Source of the DNA: Utricularia gibba
Taxonomy: Eukaryota > Plantae > Magnoliophyta
Direction of reading: 5' to 3'
Assembly (NCBI GenBank): GCA_002189035.1
Contig: NEEC01000018.1
Coordinates: forward strand, 62,001 to 126,000
Length of the DNA: 64,000 nucleotides
A model generated the notes under the pieces. The model had not been told where the DNA came from and ran no database searches. It saw only the letters and a program-made list of their open reading frames with translations. Position numbers and translations under genes: made by a program. Positions within the stretch are counted from its first letter, which is position 1, and each line of letters starts with the position of its first letter. This document shows, piece after piece, positions 1 to 13,036 of the stretch.

Positions 1-8
1 AGCACTAC

Positions 9-1466
9 TTGTGGCCTAAGGAGTTCGTGATACACACTGATCATGAGTCTCTCAAACATTTGAAGGCTCAAGGAAAGTTAAATAGAAGACATGCTAAGTG
101 GATGGAATTCATTGACACATTTCCATATGTGATCAAATACAAGAAAGATACGAAGAATGTGGTTGTTGATGCTTTATCTCAAAGGTACACTCTTTTAGTC
201 AATCTTGATGCAAGAATTCTTGGATTTGCTTTCATCATTGACTTATATGCTCATGATCACGATTTTGGGGACATTTATAAGGCATGTGAACTTGCTCCAT
301 CTGGACTATTCTTTAAGAAAGATGGTTTTCTTTATAGGAAAGATAGGTTGTGCATTCCTTTTTGCTCCATACGTGATTTGATTGTTAGAGAAGCTCATGG
401 TGGGGGACTAATGGGACATTTTGGTGTTAAAAAGACTCTTGATACTCTCACCCAACATTTCTTTTGGCCACACATGAGAAGGGATGTTGAAAGAATTTGT
501 GATAGATGTATTTCTTGTAGGAAGGTTAAATCAACCACTGCCCCTAATGGTTTGTATACTCCACTCCCTACTCCTTCCCAACCATGAGAGGATATTTCTA
601 TGGACTTTGTTTTAGGCTTACCTCGTACCTAAAGGGGTAGAGATTCAATTTTTGTTGTTGTGCACAGGTTTTCAAAGATGGCACACTTTATTCCTTGCCA
701 TAAAACTGATGATGCATCTCATGTGGCTGATCTCTTCTTTAGAGAAGTTGTTAGACTTCATGGTATGCCTCTCACTATTGTCTCTGATCGAGATGCCAGA
801 TTTCTCAGTCACTTTTGGAGAGTTCTTTGGAGTAAACTTGGCACTAAGCTGTTGTACTCAACAACATGTCACCCTCAAACCGATGGGCAAACTGAGGAAA
901 CTAATTGCACACTTTCTACCTTACTTAGGATTATGATTAAATCAAATCTTAAGACTTGGGAGGAATGTTTGCCACTTGTTGAGTTTGCTTAAAATAGAAC
1001 CATGCATCTCACTACTAAATTATCTCCATTTGAAGTGGTTTATAGCTTTAATCCTCTTACACCTTTGGATATGTTACCTTTGCCTTGTGATGAGAAAGTT
1101 AGTTTAGATGGCAAGAAGAGAGCTGAAGAAATCAGAAGATTGCATGAAAAGGTGAAACAAGAGATTGAATGCAACAATGCAAAATATGCATCAGCAGAAA
1201 ATAAGGGGAGACGCAAAGTTGTATTCAAACCTGGCGATTGGGTTTGGCTTCATCTCAGGAAGGAGAGATTCCCTACCAAAAGGAAGTCCAAACTTCTACC
1301 TCGTGGAGATGGTCCTTTCCAAGTTGTTGAGCGCGTGAATGACAATGCATACAAGATAGATTTACCAGGTGAATATTCTGTTCATTCAACTTTCAATGTT
1401 GCTGATTTGTCTCCTTTCGAAATGGATACAGATTCAGGGACGAATCTTCCTAAAAAAGGGGGATGA
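9..1466 (+). pseudogene. Ty3/Gypsy chromovirus (CRM lineage) pol 3' part: RNase H end, HHCC zinc finger, integrase core and C-terminus; inactivated
   Basis: ORFs 9-587, 660-992 and 1002-1466 share one frame, separated by in-frame stops at 585-587 (TGA), 630-632 (TAA) and 990-992 (TAA). Motifs: [74 protein letters not shown]. Confidence 0.93.
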
Positions 1467-1585
1467 TGAGCCCCAGGAAGATAATGAAGTGTATTTAAAG
1501 AATGATGAGGAGTTTGTCCAAGTGAACACATTAGAGACAAAGATGATTCCACCAGGACCAATGACTAGAAGGATGAGAACATGTT

Positions 1586-4340
1586 GGATGTTATCGCGGA
1601 CATGTTCCAGGCCCGAATTTGGGTTTGAAGTGGATCGTGAGTGTCTATCAGCGCTTGTTCGAGTAAGGATTGGGCGAAAGAACGAAGCTAAGCCGAGGGC
1701 GAGAATGGAAAGGCATGTCGGCTCCTCTGCCGGTCCTCCAGTTAATTCCCCATCTCCTTCTACACTTTAGTTTTTTTTTTACACTGATGTTTTTCCCCTT
1801 TTTTGGGGTTTTTTGGATATTTTGGAATCCTGGTTTGGGATTCCCTTCCCTGGTTTACTTAGTTTTTGCATGTTGCTTCTGCCTTTACTGATCTTCCTGT
1901 TTGGCGTGTTGCGTGATTCGCCAGCCGCTTGGTTGGTTTTTTTGCTTCAGTATCTTCTTACCCTCGCACGATTGTCTCTAAGGATGGGACTCAGAACCTC
2001 TCGTAGGTTGAGCTGCTCCCTTAATTCAAATAAGGCCTCTTCGGGCTAGATCCATGCTTTTCGAGGTAGAGCTGGATTTGCTTTTGAGCGTGTTTGCCAT
2101 TTCAAAGTCTGGCTGCAAGAGCCTTACTTTGGGGACCTTTTCAGGGCTTACACAGATGGTTTAGGAAAACGGTGCCCGAATCATACCAGGGCTTACCTTA
2201 GTCACTAGAGCCTGGGTTTAAAGGATACCACATTTTGGGGGGAGCCCCGAGTTGGTTTGTCGTGCCCATAACGGGCTCAAGCTTGGGGGATTTGCTTGAG
2301 CCTACATGACCAGGAGGTTGTGTGTCTTTTGCCAACCATTTAGTGGGGTTTTTCTTTGCCTTAATTTTTCCTTACGCGAGCTGAACCACTGCTAGGAGAG
2401 TGGGTCGCAACCCCTCTTGGGCTAAACAACTTCCCCAATCTGAAGCGGCCCTCTTCTGGCTGAAATCCTGTTGTTTTAAACAGGGGCAGATCTGCTATGG
2501 GTGCTCTTGCCGTCTCAAGATTCGGCAGTAAGGTTTGTACTTAAGGGCTTTTTTGGGGCTTATGTGAACGGTTTTAGAAAACCGGTGCTCGAATCGTACC
2601 AAGGCTTACCCTTGTCGTTGGGGCCTGGGTTTTTAGGATTTTTTATTTCGAGGGAGCTTCGAACTGATTTGCTGAGCCCATTGAGGGGCGCATGATTGCA
2701 AGGTTTGCCTGGTTGGTCGATATCCAGTGTGCAGATGCCGCATGGTGTCGAAAATTTAACTTTTAGATGCACGATTGAGGGCAACATACCGAATTTGTTG
2801 ATACCGGGTCAGCTGAGGATGATGTTATACGAGACCTCCAAATTCAGAATCAGAAACTCCAGTCTTTGCGTCCGATTTTTCCTTGATGCGCCGAATGTCA
2901 CGGGTAAGGTTATCTTCCTGATTGTTTGTACGGCTTGTTGATCGAATGCGTATAACTCCATGCGCATGGGACGGATATCTCCCTCGTGAGATGATGCCAG
3001 TAACTTGGCGACTTCCTTTTTCATAATGATGCAGGAAGACCCCTAATCAATAAGAATCCTTCTTACCTTGGTGCTTCCGCATATTCCTGATATCACCAGA
3101 GGTTCATTTCGCGTAGTTGGGCCGACTAGAATGTCTCTGTCAGAGAAATTGATTCCCTCCTTTTCCCAAGCAGCTTTCTCAATCGGACCTTTCCCGATCT
3201 CGAAGACTTCTCCTCTTTTGGCTTCGTCCAAATACCTCTTCTGTGCTTTCCCAGATTCATCGATTCCGGTCCCCCCCGGATATCACATGGATTACCAGAA
3301 TATAGGGGGCTACCTTGTGTCTGATGGGCGTTTCTCGAACTCTCCGGTACATCCTGTCCTCTATTGGGGTTCAGTCCTCAGCTGGCACTCAGGGTTTCCC
3401 TCACTGATGCTGTGGGGAATTTCGGATACTGGTTACCCTCATCCCTCAGACGTACGTTACCTCTCCTGCTCCGTTCTGCTATTGGCGTAGGATTTTACGT
3501 CGGATTATTTGTCCCTCCGCCAGCGAGATATTGTTCAACCATCCTTCTTATTATCCGGCAGTCGACCGTATTGTGCCTTGTTGTCCTGTGTATTTCACAA
3601 TAGGCATCCATTCTGATTGGTTCCACCTGATATATTTCATGGCGCTTGTTCGGCCGGGGGCCTGGTTGGGTTGCGCTTCTCGCTGCGAGATCGGATGGAT
3701 CTCTACACGGCTTTTCATCTCGGCCCTGAGGTCGTCATCAACTCGGATGTACTTCATGATTTTCCTTAGCAATTCTCCAAGATTCTATTCTGGGACTTTG
3801 ATAGACTCTATCCCAGTTTCGACGTTCCTAGGGCCCGCTTCATTATTTCCATCCTTTCCTTCAAGTCCAGCTGGGCATCCTACGCCAGGTAGTTGAATCG
3901 GTCGATGAATCTTCTCAACTCCCTATCTTTCCTGTGGTCATACCGAATAGAATGCAGTGCTGCCTATGAGGGTGGAGCTTCGATGTTGACAGCATATCGG
4001 GTAGTGAAGAGCAACAACAACTCCCGATAAGATACAGGCTGGGAGGCTTCGGGTCCAACCCTTTCGCCGTTATGATTTCTTTTATTTATAGAAGAGGTCG
4101 ATCCATCCGAGTCCTGACTTCTACAAATGTCGATTGCTTTCTGCACCTGCTATGTGATATCACTTTTCAGATATCGGCTGCCTGCTCTGCCGTAGTTTGG
4201 CCGCTTTTCAAACTGTGCCATACGGCCATCGCTGTTAGATTTCTTACATATATTGATCTATCAGTTGGCATCATCCTGTCACAGCTCCTTTTGGCAGCCT
4301 TTCAGAAACCAATTTTCCTTATCCGAGTTATACCCTATCA
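1586..4340 (-). mobile_element. Tat-lineage Gypsy remnant: partial 5' LTR (4028-4340) fused to gag, then aspartic protease, then non-coding 3' region; no RT/RH/IN seen
   Basis: Minus-strand pieces: ELLLLFTTRY..LHSIRYDHRKDRELRRFIDRFN and KYIRVDDDLRA (gag); FSDRDIL..NEPLVISG..KVRRILID and EFLILNLEVSYNIILS..IVHLKVKFSTPCG (Tat-type protease). 4028-4340 matches the solo LTR at 19193-19726. The left boundary is approximate. Confidence 0.75.
2138..2640 (+). repeat. Pair of diverged ~90-bp direct repeats (about 2138-2225 and 2549-2640) in the 3' region of the Tat remnant
   Basis: gggcttacacagatggtttaggaaaacggtgcccgaatcataccagggcttacc versus gggcttatgtgaacggttttagaaaaccggtgctcgaatcgtaccaaggcttacc. 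Confidence 0.75.
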
Positions 4341-5049
4341 AAATTAAATGTTTCATTTTATTAGGTGAGTGTAAAGTTGTTGATTATTGTAGAATATCTG
4401 AATAGATCATAATACTAATTTCATAGTTGAAGAAGATGTGTCAAGACCTAGATTCACACCTTTTGGAATAAGTATTGATGTCATGTTTCTCCAATAAGTA
4501 ACATAAGGTCTTATTATCCAATCAACTTAAATTCATAAGAAGATTGGATAAATTTTATTGAACATCACATAGGAACCAAATTATATAAAAAGAAAATCTT
4601 TCACATAACCATAGTAAAGCATGGTGTGGATATCATGTTTAGTTTAACTTACTCGACTCCCTAAATAGACACTAGGTTTAAAAAACTAACAAAGACAACC
4701 TAAAAATACAAGAACTAGCTTGGAAGTAAGCTCCATTTTGAACGGCCAATCTAGGATTAGAAACAAGAAGCACCAAAATGGCCGTTAGTGAGGGCAACCA
4801 CATCGGTGTCCCAAACACATGGAGAAATGGATGAAAAATTCCACATCAACTTCAACTCAACTGTGACATTTTCACCTATATCGATGGAGACTATGCGATG
4901 AAAATGATATAGATTTTTGTGGTGAAATTTTCTCATGGTGAAATATCAAACTGATTTTTCAATATATCATTCATTTTAAAATTCATGGAAATTTAAAGCA
5001 TACAACACATATTACATGATACATAAAACCCTACATAATATATAATTAT

Positions 5050-6006
5050 AACTACATATGCATTACTCCATTCAATATCACCCAAGTTATCAACATCATG
5101 TGTATTCATAGGATTGCTTGCATTGGCACTTGTTTCATTTTTTAAGTTCCACCAAATGATCTTTCATTTGAAACTGCACAAGATGCCATAACTTGTATCA
5201 TTGCTTCAACATAATACTCTCTTTGTATTGGATCGATCTTCTTCATATCATATCCAAAAACCTTTTAAGCATTACTCCACATCAAAGCTATTGTTTGCCT
5301 ATCATAATTTTTTTGATGGATTTTACAGCATTTCTTGATCTCCTCAATCGCCTTAGTCAATTTATCTAATTTTTCATCAAATGCATTTGCTTGTGTAAAT
5401 AATTCAGCTTCAGCCTTACTTTTTAATTTCCTTTTAGCAGCTTTTTGTCCTGTTGGATATTGTTCTAGTGGTATCTCATCAAGTGTAGCATCAATAGGAT
5501 TTTCTTAGGAGCTTTGTAGGTTTTACTCTCCAGAACTTAGCTTAATTCTTTTGAGTTTTTTATTAGACACCACCTAAAAAACGATTAGTAAATATTAGCA
5601 AATATGTAAAATTTAAATAAAATATTATTTTACCTTAATCCATTTTTGTTGTCCTCGAAGCTTTCTCCACGCATCATCAAATAAAATCACATTTTGTCTC
5701 CGCATGATAAGCGCCCAATGCTAACTCCATATATTTTTCATCATTCCAACCACTTCTTTGTTGAGATGTGGCATGGACATAGTGACCTTCGAATTTATGA
5801 ACTTGTTGACTGACTTCACTCCATTTCTTTCGTAGTGCTCCTACATCTCTTTTATATTGGACATCTTGTGAGACTTCATCAAATACCTCTTTTACACGTA
5901 CCCAAAATCCTACTATTGGGTCTTTGGAAGTATTTAACCAAGCAGAAACAAGGAAACTGGTTTCAAGGTTGACCAACGAGGCTGTTGCACTCTTTTTTGG
6001 AGCCAT
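5050..6006 (-). pseudogene. Harbinger Myb/SANT-like (NAM-associated-like) accessory ORF
   Basis: MAPKK..LVSAWLNTSKDPIVG-FWVRV..KRDVGALRKKWSEV..RSGWND..FDDAWRKLRGQQKW. GT-AG intron at 5574-5633. Exon 2 has stop codons. The 3' end is approximate. Confidence 0.8.
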
Positions 6007-6102
6007 GGAGGAACAAACTTGGTTGAACACTCACAAAATATTAGAAGTAGAAAATCAAACTACATGTGATTCACTAAATAACTTGAATATATATGCACAA
6101 TG

Positions 6103-6210
6103 GTTCATTTAGGTCACATCAAAAGATATTCTCTTTTGATTGATAGTTCATTTAGATCACATCAAAAGATAATATTCTCTTTGGATTGATAGTTTATTTA
6201 GGTCACATCA
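6103..6210 (+). repeat. Tandem repeat, 43-46 bp unit, about 2.5 copies, between the divergent Harbinger ORFs
   Basis: gtt(c/t)atttag(g/a)tcacatca recurs at 6103, 6146 and 6192. Confidence 0.85.
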
Positions 6211-6370
6211 GATTCCTAACTAACCAATTGCATTCAAGATTCTTTTCTTGGCAAGTGATGATCACATGTGATTCTTGTTCACATGCGTATGCAAAAGTGA
6301 GTTGACACATTAATATAAATCAATTCTTTTTATTTTTTCACTTGCATCGATCATATCAAAAAACTTCTCA

Positions 6371-8266
6371 ATGGCAACTTCTGATTCTTCACCTGATTAT
6401 CTTTCTTCACAAGATCCTTTTGACAATATTCTTGATCTATTGGTTTTTTGTTCTCCAGACTACTACTACAATGTTAGCATCACAGGATCTGAACAATCAA
6501 CAAGCTGCATCAGTCAAAAAAAAGCATCGCTATATAGAACAGTGTCGTGAAAGTGGCCATGAACGCCTTATGGCTGATTATTTCTATGCATCTTCTACTT
6601 ATCCAGATGAGTATTTTCGTCGTCGGTTTAAAATGAAAATACCTCTATTTCTAAGGATCATGGGTGCACTTGAAGCACACTATGAGTATTTCCAATCTCA
6701 ATTTGATTGCACTGGCCGTATAAGTTTTTCTAGTCATAAAAAATGTACTATTGCTCTTCTTATGTTAGCATATGGATGCAGAGCCAATATGCTGAATGAG
6801 CACATTCGCATGGGGGAAACAACATTGCTTCAATGCCTTCAAAACTTTGTTATTGGAATAAGAGATATTTTTGAGGAACAATATCTTAGACAACCAACTC
6901 CAATAGATTTAGATCGATTACTTCAATTAGAAGAGGATAGAGGTTTTTCAGGTATGTTAGGAAGTATTGATTGCATGCATTGGGAATGGAGGAATTGTCC
7001 TACTGCATGAAAAGGGCAATATACTTGTGGTGATCATGGTTGCCCTACATTGGTGTTATAAGTTATAGTGATAACACATATTTTTGAGTGATGGAGTACA
7101 TGGAAATTACTCATATTGTGCTACAAAAATTAAGTTTTATTGCCTAGTTCTATATTTTTGTGCATAGTACCGTAGTTACGTTATTTTAGTCTTATTTGGG
7201 ACTAAATCAACGCCTTCTAACAGTTTCCTTCAAGCAATGCAGCACAAGTCGCAACACAAATCCCAAGGAGCCGTATATGAACAGTGTAATGGTAGAAGAT
7301 GAGGCCAAAGTCTGAAAAGCAGTACACACAAAATCCAAGGAAGGAAAAAAGTAGGATTTTGGACAAAAAGGGGACAAGATGGAGAGAGAAGCAGATCTCC
7401 CCATTGGAGACTCACGACACGCTTTCTGGAGAATTTTTTTGGGGGAAGAAGGAAGGGGGACGAAGACCCTGAAGAACCAGTTCTCATTGAAGATTTACTT
7501 TCGTTCTTGATGCATACTGTGCCTAGCTAAGACTAGTTTTAGATTTACTTCGTGAACAATTTGTCCTTTCTATTTCTGTTATGCACTGCCTGTTGTTGTT
7601 TAACTTTGAAACCAGAATGTTGCCCTAGGATATGCTATGAAAACGTTTTTCTTTCCCTTGTTATGAGTGGCTAAGCACTTAGGGGGTGCCTTGGGGTGAA
7701 AGGGGGAGAAATGTGCTAATCAATCTTAGATCTAATCAATTCATAGGTCACGTCACTTCCTTAACAAACCAAGATAGATCCAGGAGGGAAAGTAGTGAAA
7801 CCTAGCTTAACAACCCTAATTAGAGGTAGACCAAATATTAAGGGGAAAACAAGAGTTCGGGTAGACCTAGACCTTGTGAGTTAGTTGTTTGATTTATGGT
7901 TTGTATAAACTTATTTAGTGATGAGCATACATCCCCTAGGAGTCCCAAGGCATCACCCACTTCATCCTAGAAACAACCTAGTTCCAAAGCTTGTTACTTT
8001 TCTTTGCTGCATTTCATCGTAGTCTTGCCTTAGTCCTAGTTAAGACTAAATTTACCAACGTGACACTGATTTCATGCATCGATCATAACCACTATGCTCA
8101 TAATTGTATTATGATTGAATGTGTGTTAGGTTATAAATTTATTTGATAGGAAAAATTGCAATTTAACGACGTTGCATTTCATCAAGAAGCATGCAGAAAT
8201 GATATAGAGAGGGCTTTAGGTATTCTTCAAGCTCGTTTTGCTATTGTTCGTCAGTCAGCTCATATA
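6371..8266 (+). pseudogene. Harbinger (Plant_tran-type DDE) transposase, split by a solo LTR and internally deleted
   Basis: GHERLMADYF..FRRRFKM..LFLRI..GMLGSIDCMHWEWRNCPTA*KGQY..HGCPTLVL runs to 7068. It resumes at 8185 as EACRNDIERALGILQARFAIV. Probable start is ATG 6371, with a frameshift in the A-run near 6520. Confidence 0.88.
7069..8184 (+). mobile_element. Athila-type solo LTR (1116 bp) without matching TSD
   Basis: Starts TGATAACACATATTTT and ends TTTCATCA. Flanks are TATAG and AGAAG, which differ. Homologous to 13037-13950. Confidence 0.8.
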
Positions 8267-8800
8267 TGATGTTGGTGGATGTTAAGTGTCATTTTCTAGT
8301 TAATTATTAGGTATTATTATGTGTTAATTATGTATTAAATTGCCCAATTAGGAATTATATTGATAAATAATTGTATTTCCTTAGAAAAATCTCAATTTCT
8401 TATTTTGTATATATTTTCTGTCTTTTTTTCGTGTTCTTTAACCCAGGCATGTTAGGAGACTGTCGTGGAGTATTGCAGGAGTATTGTAGGTGGTCAGAGT
8501 CTGAATTTTCGTGCCTTGTACACGACTTGGAACAATTGTAGGCAGAAGAATGACACTGGTCAAGGCCCTGACTTACGGCATGTCAGAGTCTGCAGAAATG
8601 ATTGGACGCTAACTTGCACGCAAGACAGAAGGAATGATGAGGAGGGGGGCCAGAGGAGTTAATGCATGTGAGGAGTGATATAAAACCAATTGGAGCACTT
8701 AGTTTCGGACTTTTGAACCTTTGTTTCTTGACTTAGAACTTTTAAGTTCTTCCTCCCCTCAAGGAGGAATAACTCTTAACTTCCAATTTCATTTCTGTTT
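8267..8800 (+). mobile_element. LTR fragment; an inverted relative lies at about 12180-12650
   Basis: Starts TGATG. aatgacactggtcaaggccctgacttacggcatgtcagag matches the reverse complement of ctctaacatgtcgtaagtcaaaggccctgactagtgtcatt (~12417-12457), and the similarity extends on both sides. Confidence 0.6.
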
Positions 8801-8945
8801 TCATGGCCTTTTGTGGCTAAAACTCTTTCTGGGAGAAGATGAAGTTTCCTTCCAATTCCTGAGCAATACACTCGATTCTTCGTTGAATTCAATTCAGATT
8901 CTGCATACTTCCACGCGTCTTGTTGCAGTCTTTATGTAACGACTC

Positions 8946-10150
8946 CTAGTCAAGGTCCATGAGTAGTAGGCCACTCCTAAATGCTTTGTCCAAAAGAACG
9001 ATTGACACTGGTGGAGTAATAATATCTTTGGCCATTCTAGCCAAAATAAAAAAAAAACTTATGAAATTGCTTTTCCACCAAGTTATTATATCAAATGAAT
9101 CATCATCATTCCCTTCAATTATAGAAGTATTGTTATATAACATGTATTCTTCATGAAAAGGTGTAGAAGAACTATGTACACTACGAATTATAACAAGAGG
9201 ATTAATAGAAAAGAAAAAATGAAGTAAAAAGCATAGAATCACTTACATTCACATTAGTACTCAGACCATATTCAACTTGATATATGTCATACATAATTGA
9301 ATATTAAAAATTGCATCAAACTCTATTTTTGACATATTAATAGTAAAATCAATTTGTTCAAGAAAACATTTGTTGAACACATCAAGAAGAATTTTTAAAC
9401 TATTTCCTTTACCCTAGGATCAAGAATTGTTGCAATAAGATACAAATTAGGAATTTTATGATAATATTTCAAAAATGTTTTTGTATTTATACTATTATTT
9501 GATCAAAAGGGGACAGTCTTGAAAATTTACTAAAAACATAGAAAATATGAATAAGTAATTGGAAAACCAAGTGTGCAATTCAATAATAAGAATCATTTAA
9601 TAATTTAGTAGGGTAATAGAAAGCAAATTAACAAGTGGTATAATGCATAAGATGTGCTACCATTTCATGAGGCATTTTAAAAGGCGACAATGTAACAAGC
9701 ACATCATAAGTAAAATTCTATCTAGTTTTGCAATCAATCAAAAAACAATCAAAATCCAAGATTATGCTTAGAAAATAAGCATTTCAATTCATCTCTTCTT
9801 GCACCACAATGATTAAGATGCGATACCATTTTTAAAAAAAGGTCTAATGAGAGAATCGACTTTATGCAATCCATTTTAAACATATAAATTTAGAATATGA
9901 CATCCACATTTATTATGAAAGAATTACATCTAATAATGGTAATAAGTCGGTTTTCAAAAGAGATATAGCATTGTTGTTAGTTGAAACATTATTCATGGGG
10001 AATAAAAAAATTTTTGAAGAAATTCCATATTATTTTTTGAAAGCTAATATTTTTTTCTAGAAAAAATTCCATTCTCATGACAAACACTTATAACTATCTT
10101 ATAAATCAAGATCCAATATATGGAAGAGGTTAATGCTTGAAACCTATCAT
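8946..10150 (-). mobile_element. hAT transposase remnant
   Basis: FDIITWWKSNF..ILARMAKDIITPPVS..KAFRSG is the hAT C-terminal dimerisation motif. Near 9850-10000: NNVSTNNNAISLLK..CGCHILNLYV, corresponding to the DNAS..N and CxCHILNL core motifs. Confidence 0.8.
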
Positions 10151-10849
10151 TTTTTTCTGCAGATTCCAATCATTATTAATCCAAAAGCATATGAATATAA
10201 TATAATTTTCATTGTCTATACCAAGTTAACTATCACAAGTTAAAAAAAATTTAATAGAACTCAAAGATTTGAAATTGGAAATCAACTTTTTCTGTAAAAT
10301 ATTGAAATTATGTAAAATAATATTTCTAACTCGTTTCTTCAACAAATTTTAAATATAAAAAACACAAAACACAAAAGAGCGTAGTACGAGTGTCGATCTG
10401 AAGGAGTTGAGTTTTATGAAAAATGTTTTGTAGAAAACTTTTACAAATTGTCATGGTTTTATAAAAGAGGATTTTGAAGTACAAAAATAAAATTTATAAC
10501 GCAAGTATGGACTTTAACTATAAGACACAGTTTCTGGGAAATGGACTCCATTTTATTCTTTTGTATATCCTTGCCTCGTCTTTCATTGATTCCTTCTGAA
10601 TAGTTGGTTATAGGAGCAAAGAATAGCCTACTCTCCTTTACATTCTGATTAATAAGGAGGTATGAAAATAGCTTTATGTGATTCCTCCTTGGATAATGGG
10701 AGCTGAGACAAGTTTTTCTTTCAAAATATCAAAAACATTTTTCCAATAAGATAGAAGGAAAATTCTAAAAGTGTTGCATGCCTCAAGGTTTTTCCATCAA
10801 AAGATATTTATAAAGCTAAACTAGCATTCTACAACACATTCATAAAGAA

Positions 10850-11820
10850 AATAATGCAGTAGTGGTAACTCCAGGTCGATCCACAAGGAGCAAATGATTT
10901 TTAGTCGCTAGCCCTATGCACAAGCGGGATGAAACAAGGGGCTTTTGTCGAGTAGTTGTTTTCTACTCTAAGGAAATTACTAAAAATTCAAAAAATGGTT
11001 TCCACATTAAAGACAACAAATAGGATACGTAAATCAGCATTTTTGGAAGTTTAAGAGTAAATATTTCACTTAATATGAAAAGTAATCATGTTGGAAAGAA
11101 ACTTACGCAACTTCAAGTTACTGTTTCGATTCATGCATGAAAGCAGTAAATAAAACAACAAGAAAGCACGTTCATGCAAGTAAACAAAGCAATATGGTTA
11201 AGGTTTAAACTGGAAATGTCAAGTGAACTAGCAAAAAGCTAAAATGCAGAAATAAAGTGCCGAAAATAAAAGAAGTTGTTTACGTCTCTAGATCAATTCT
11301 TGCACACCCATCAGCATCTCATTCTCGTTAGGTTGGTTCTGAAACTTTGCTAGGAGGATTCCAAGTGCTCTGCTACAATTTTGGATGATAGAGGTGGTTC
11401 CAGTGTCACTCTAGAACTACTTTTGTTGTCGTCTTCGTGCATACAGGTCTCTATCCTTTGGGGTTTTAAGCACTGGAGTTGAGTTCCACTGTCATGCTGG
11501 AACTGTCCCTCCATCATCTTCTTCCCTGAGACTAGTTCGAATTAACCGAAAAATTGCTCCCAACGTTTGAAAAATTTGTTCTCTCTCTCTTCTCGATCGC
11601 CTACTCCTGTTGCATGGCTTGGGAAGGCTAGCTTTTCCTAGCCTTGGCCGTCCTTGTTCCATGTTTCCCACTAGTATCTTATCTCCTCATGCATGCAGAC
11701 GCGTAATTCCTATTTTTCCCTTGGACTAATAAATCCTGTGTAGAGTGGTTAGAATACATGACCTAGCCTAAATGGGCTGGTCGTTCCTAGGTCTGGATGA
11801 ACAATGTGTCTACCCCAACA
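10850..11820 (-). mobile_element. Gypsy LTR fragment
   Basis: The minus strand starts TGTTGGGGTA at 11820. gcagtagtggtaactccaggtcgatccacaagga near 10857-10890 resembles the distal segment of Gypsy LTRs. No TSD found. Confidence 0.45.
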
Positions 11821-12179
11821 AGAAGATTGATGCAAAATAGGCCCACATGCGTTTTACGCACACAAAATTTACTAACATTAGTTTTCACGTTTTCATCAGT
11901 TCTAGCTTGCCTAAATCCTTACCCTAACAATGAAAAAGAACACAAATAGGGTTGGAGATCATGTTCTTTACCTTGTTCTTTATCAAAATCTACGAGGAGT
12001 AAACTCCTATTCATAGACTATGACTAAGAGACGTTACAAAACACTGTAATATAATGCGTGATAATATACAAAATCTGGAAGAAATGCAACAAAGAACTGA
12101 GATTTATGCTCAAGATGTGGAAGTAAACTTTATATATTTTAAAAACTAAAAAAGTTTAACCACGAATGCCCATGAAAAC

Positions 12180-12650
12180 AGAAAACAAAAACCAAAAAGT
12201 TGTTCCTCCTCTCTATAATGGAGAACACATAATAAGTTCAAGTGCGAAAAGTAACTTGAAAAGTCAGAAAAAATCCAATACAAAGTGTTCCAATTTTTCT
12301 TTAATTCACTCCCACTTGCATTAACTTTTTTTACTCCTTTTCTATCATTCTTTCTATTTTACATGTGCAGCCAGCTTTCTCATTTATGCAAGTAAGCGCT
12401 AATTATTGTTGCAAACTCTAACATGTCGTAAGTCAAAGGCCCTGACTAGTGTCATTTTTTCACCTCCAATGGATCTATTTCACGTACAATTCATGAAATG
12501 TGAGTGTCTAGTCTCCTACAATACTCCAAAATTGACTCCTGCCACTTTGGATGAAAATACGTGAAAACAATACAAAAATATGAACAGATAATAATAATTA
12601 GAATTTTCCAGTAAAATAAAATACTCATTAATATAACTTATAAGCAAGTA
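12180..12650 (-). mobile_element. Inverted relative of the 8267-8800 LTR fragment
   Basis: Reverse-complement similarity over several hundred bp, judged by eye. Confidence 0.55.
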
Positions 12651-13036
12651 ATGGGCAAAAAAAGGAGATAATTTACTCTTAGACATACATAGTAGCAATT
12701 GAAAAGAAGGATGTAAAGAAGATTTGGATGAAGGGAAAGAAGTGACATGACTCAAGAGATTAAAAAGTGAAAATGATATACAATAGTGTATATACAATTG
12801 TCAAAAAAGAAAGAGAAGTATAAAAGGACGATATTCACTCCCATGTTTTTGTAAAAGCAAGGAAACCAATAAAAGGATGGGGAGGAAGGGGATTGGAGAT
12901 ATTTCGAAGAAGAAGAAGACACCTAGAATGAAGAAAACAAAAGAAGTGCTACCAGTTGAAAAACTCAGATTGGTTCGTGAAATATTCCTTCCTACTAATA
13001 TTAGAGATGTAAAACTAGAATAGACTATTTTGTATT

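Larger units (their letters stand above)
1452..4567 (+). mobile_element. CRM polypurine tract and 3' LTR, split by a nested Tat-type element (LTR pieces ~1464-1585 and 4341-4567)
   Basis: PPT AAAAAAGGGGGA at 1452-1463 is followed directly by TGATG (1464). A matching inverted terminus CATCA lies at 4563-4567. The integrase tail PPGPMTRR (CR-motif-like) reads into the LTR, as known for CRM elements. Confidence 0.6.
4792..8266. mobile_element. PIF/Harbinger DNA transposon, decayed, with divergent Myb/SANT-like ORF and transposase
   Basis: Two Harbinger-typical ORFs lie head to head. A candidate left TIR GGGCAACCACATCGGTG starts at 4792 after TGA. The right TIR was not found. Confidence 0.8.

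Noticed and set aside
3068-3896. Plus-strand ORFs of 79-140 aa
   Set aside because: Antisense to the Tat gag-protease remnant.
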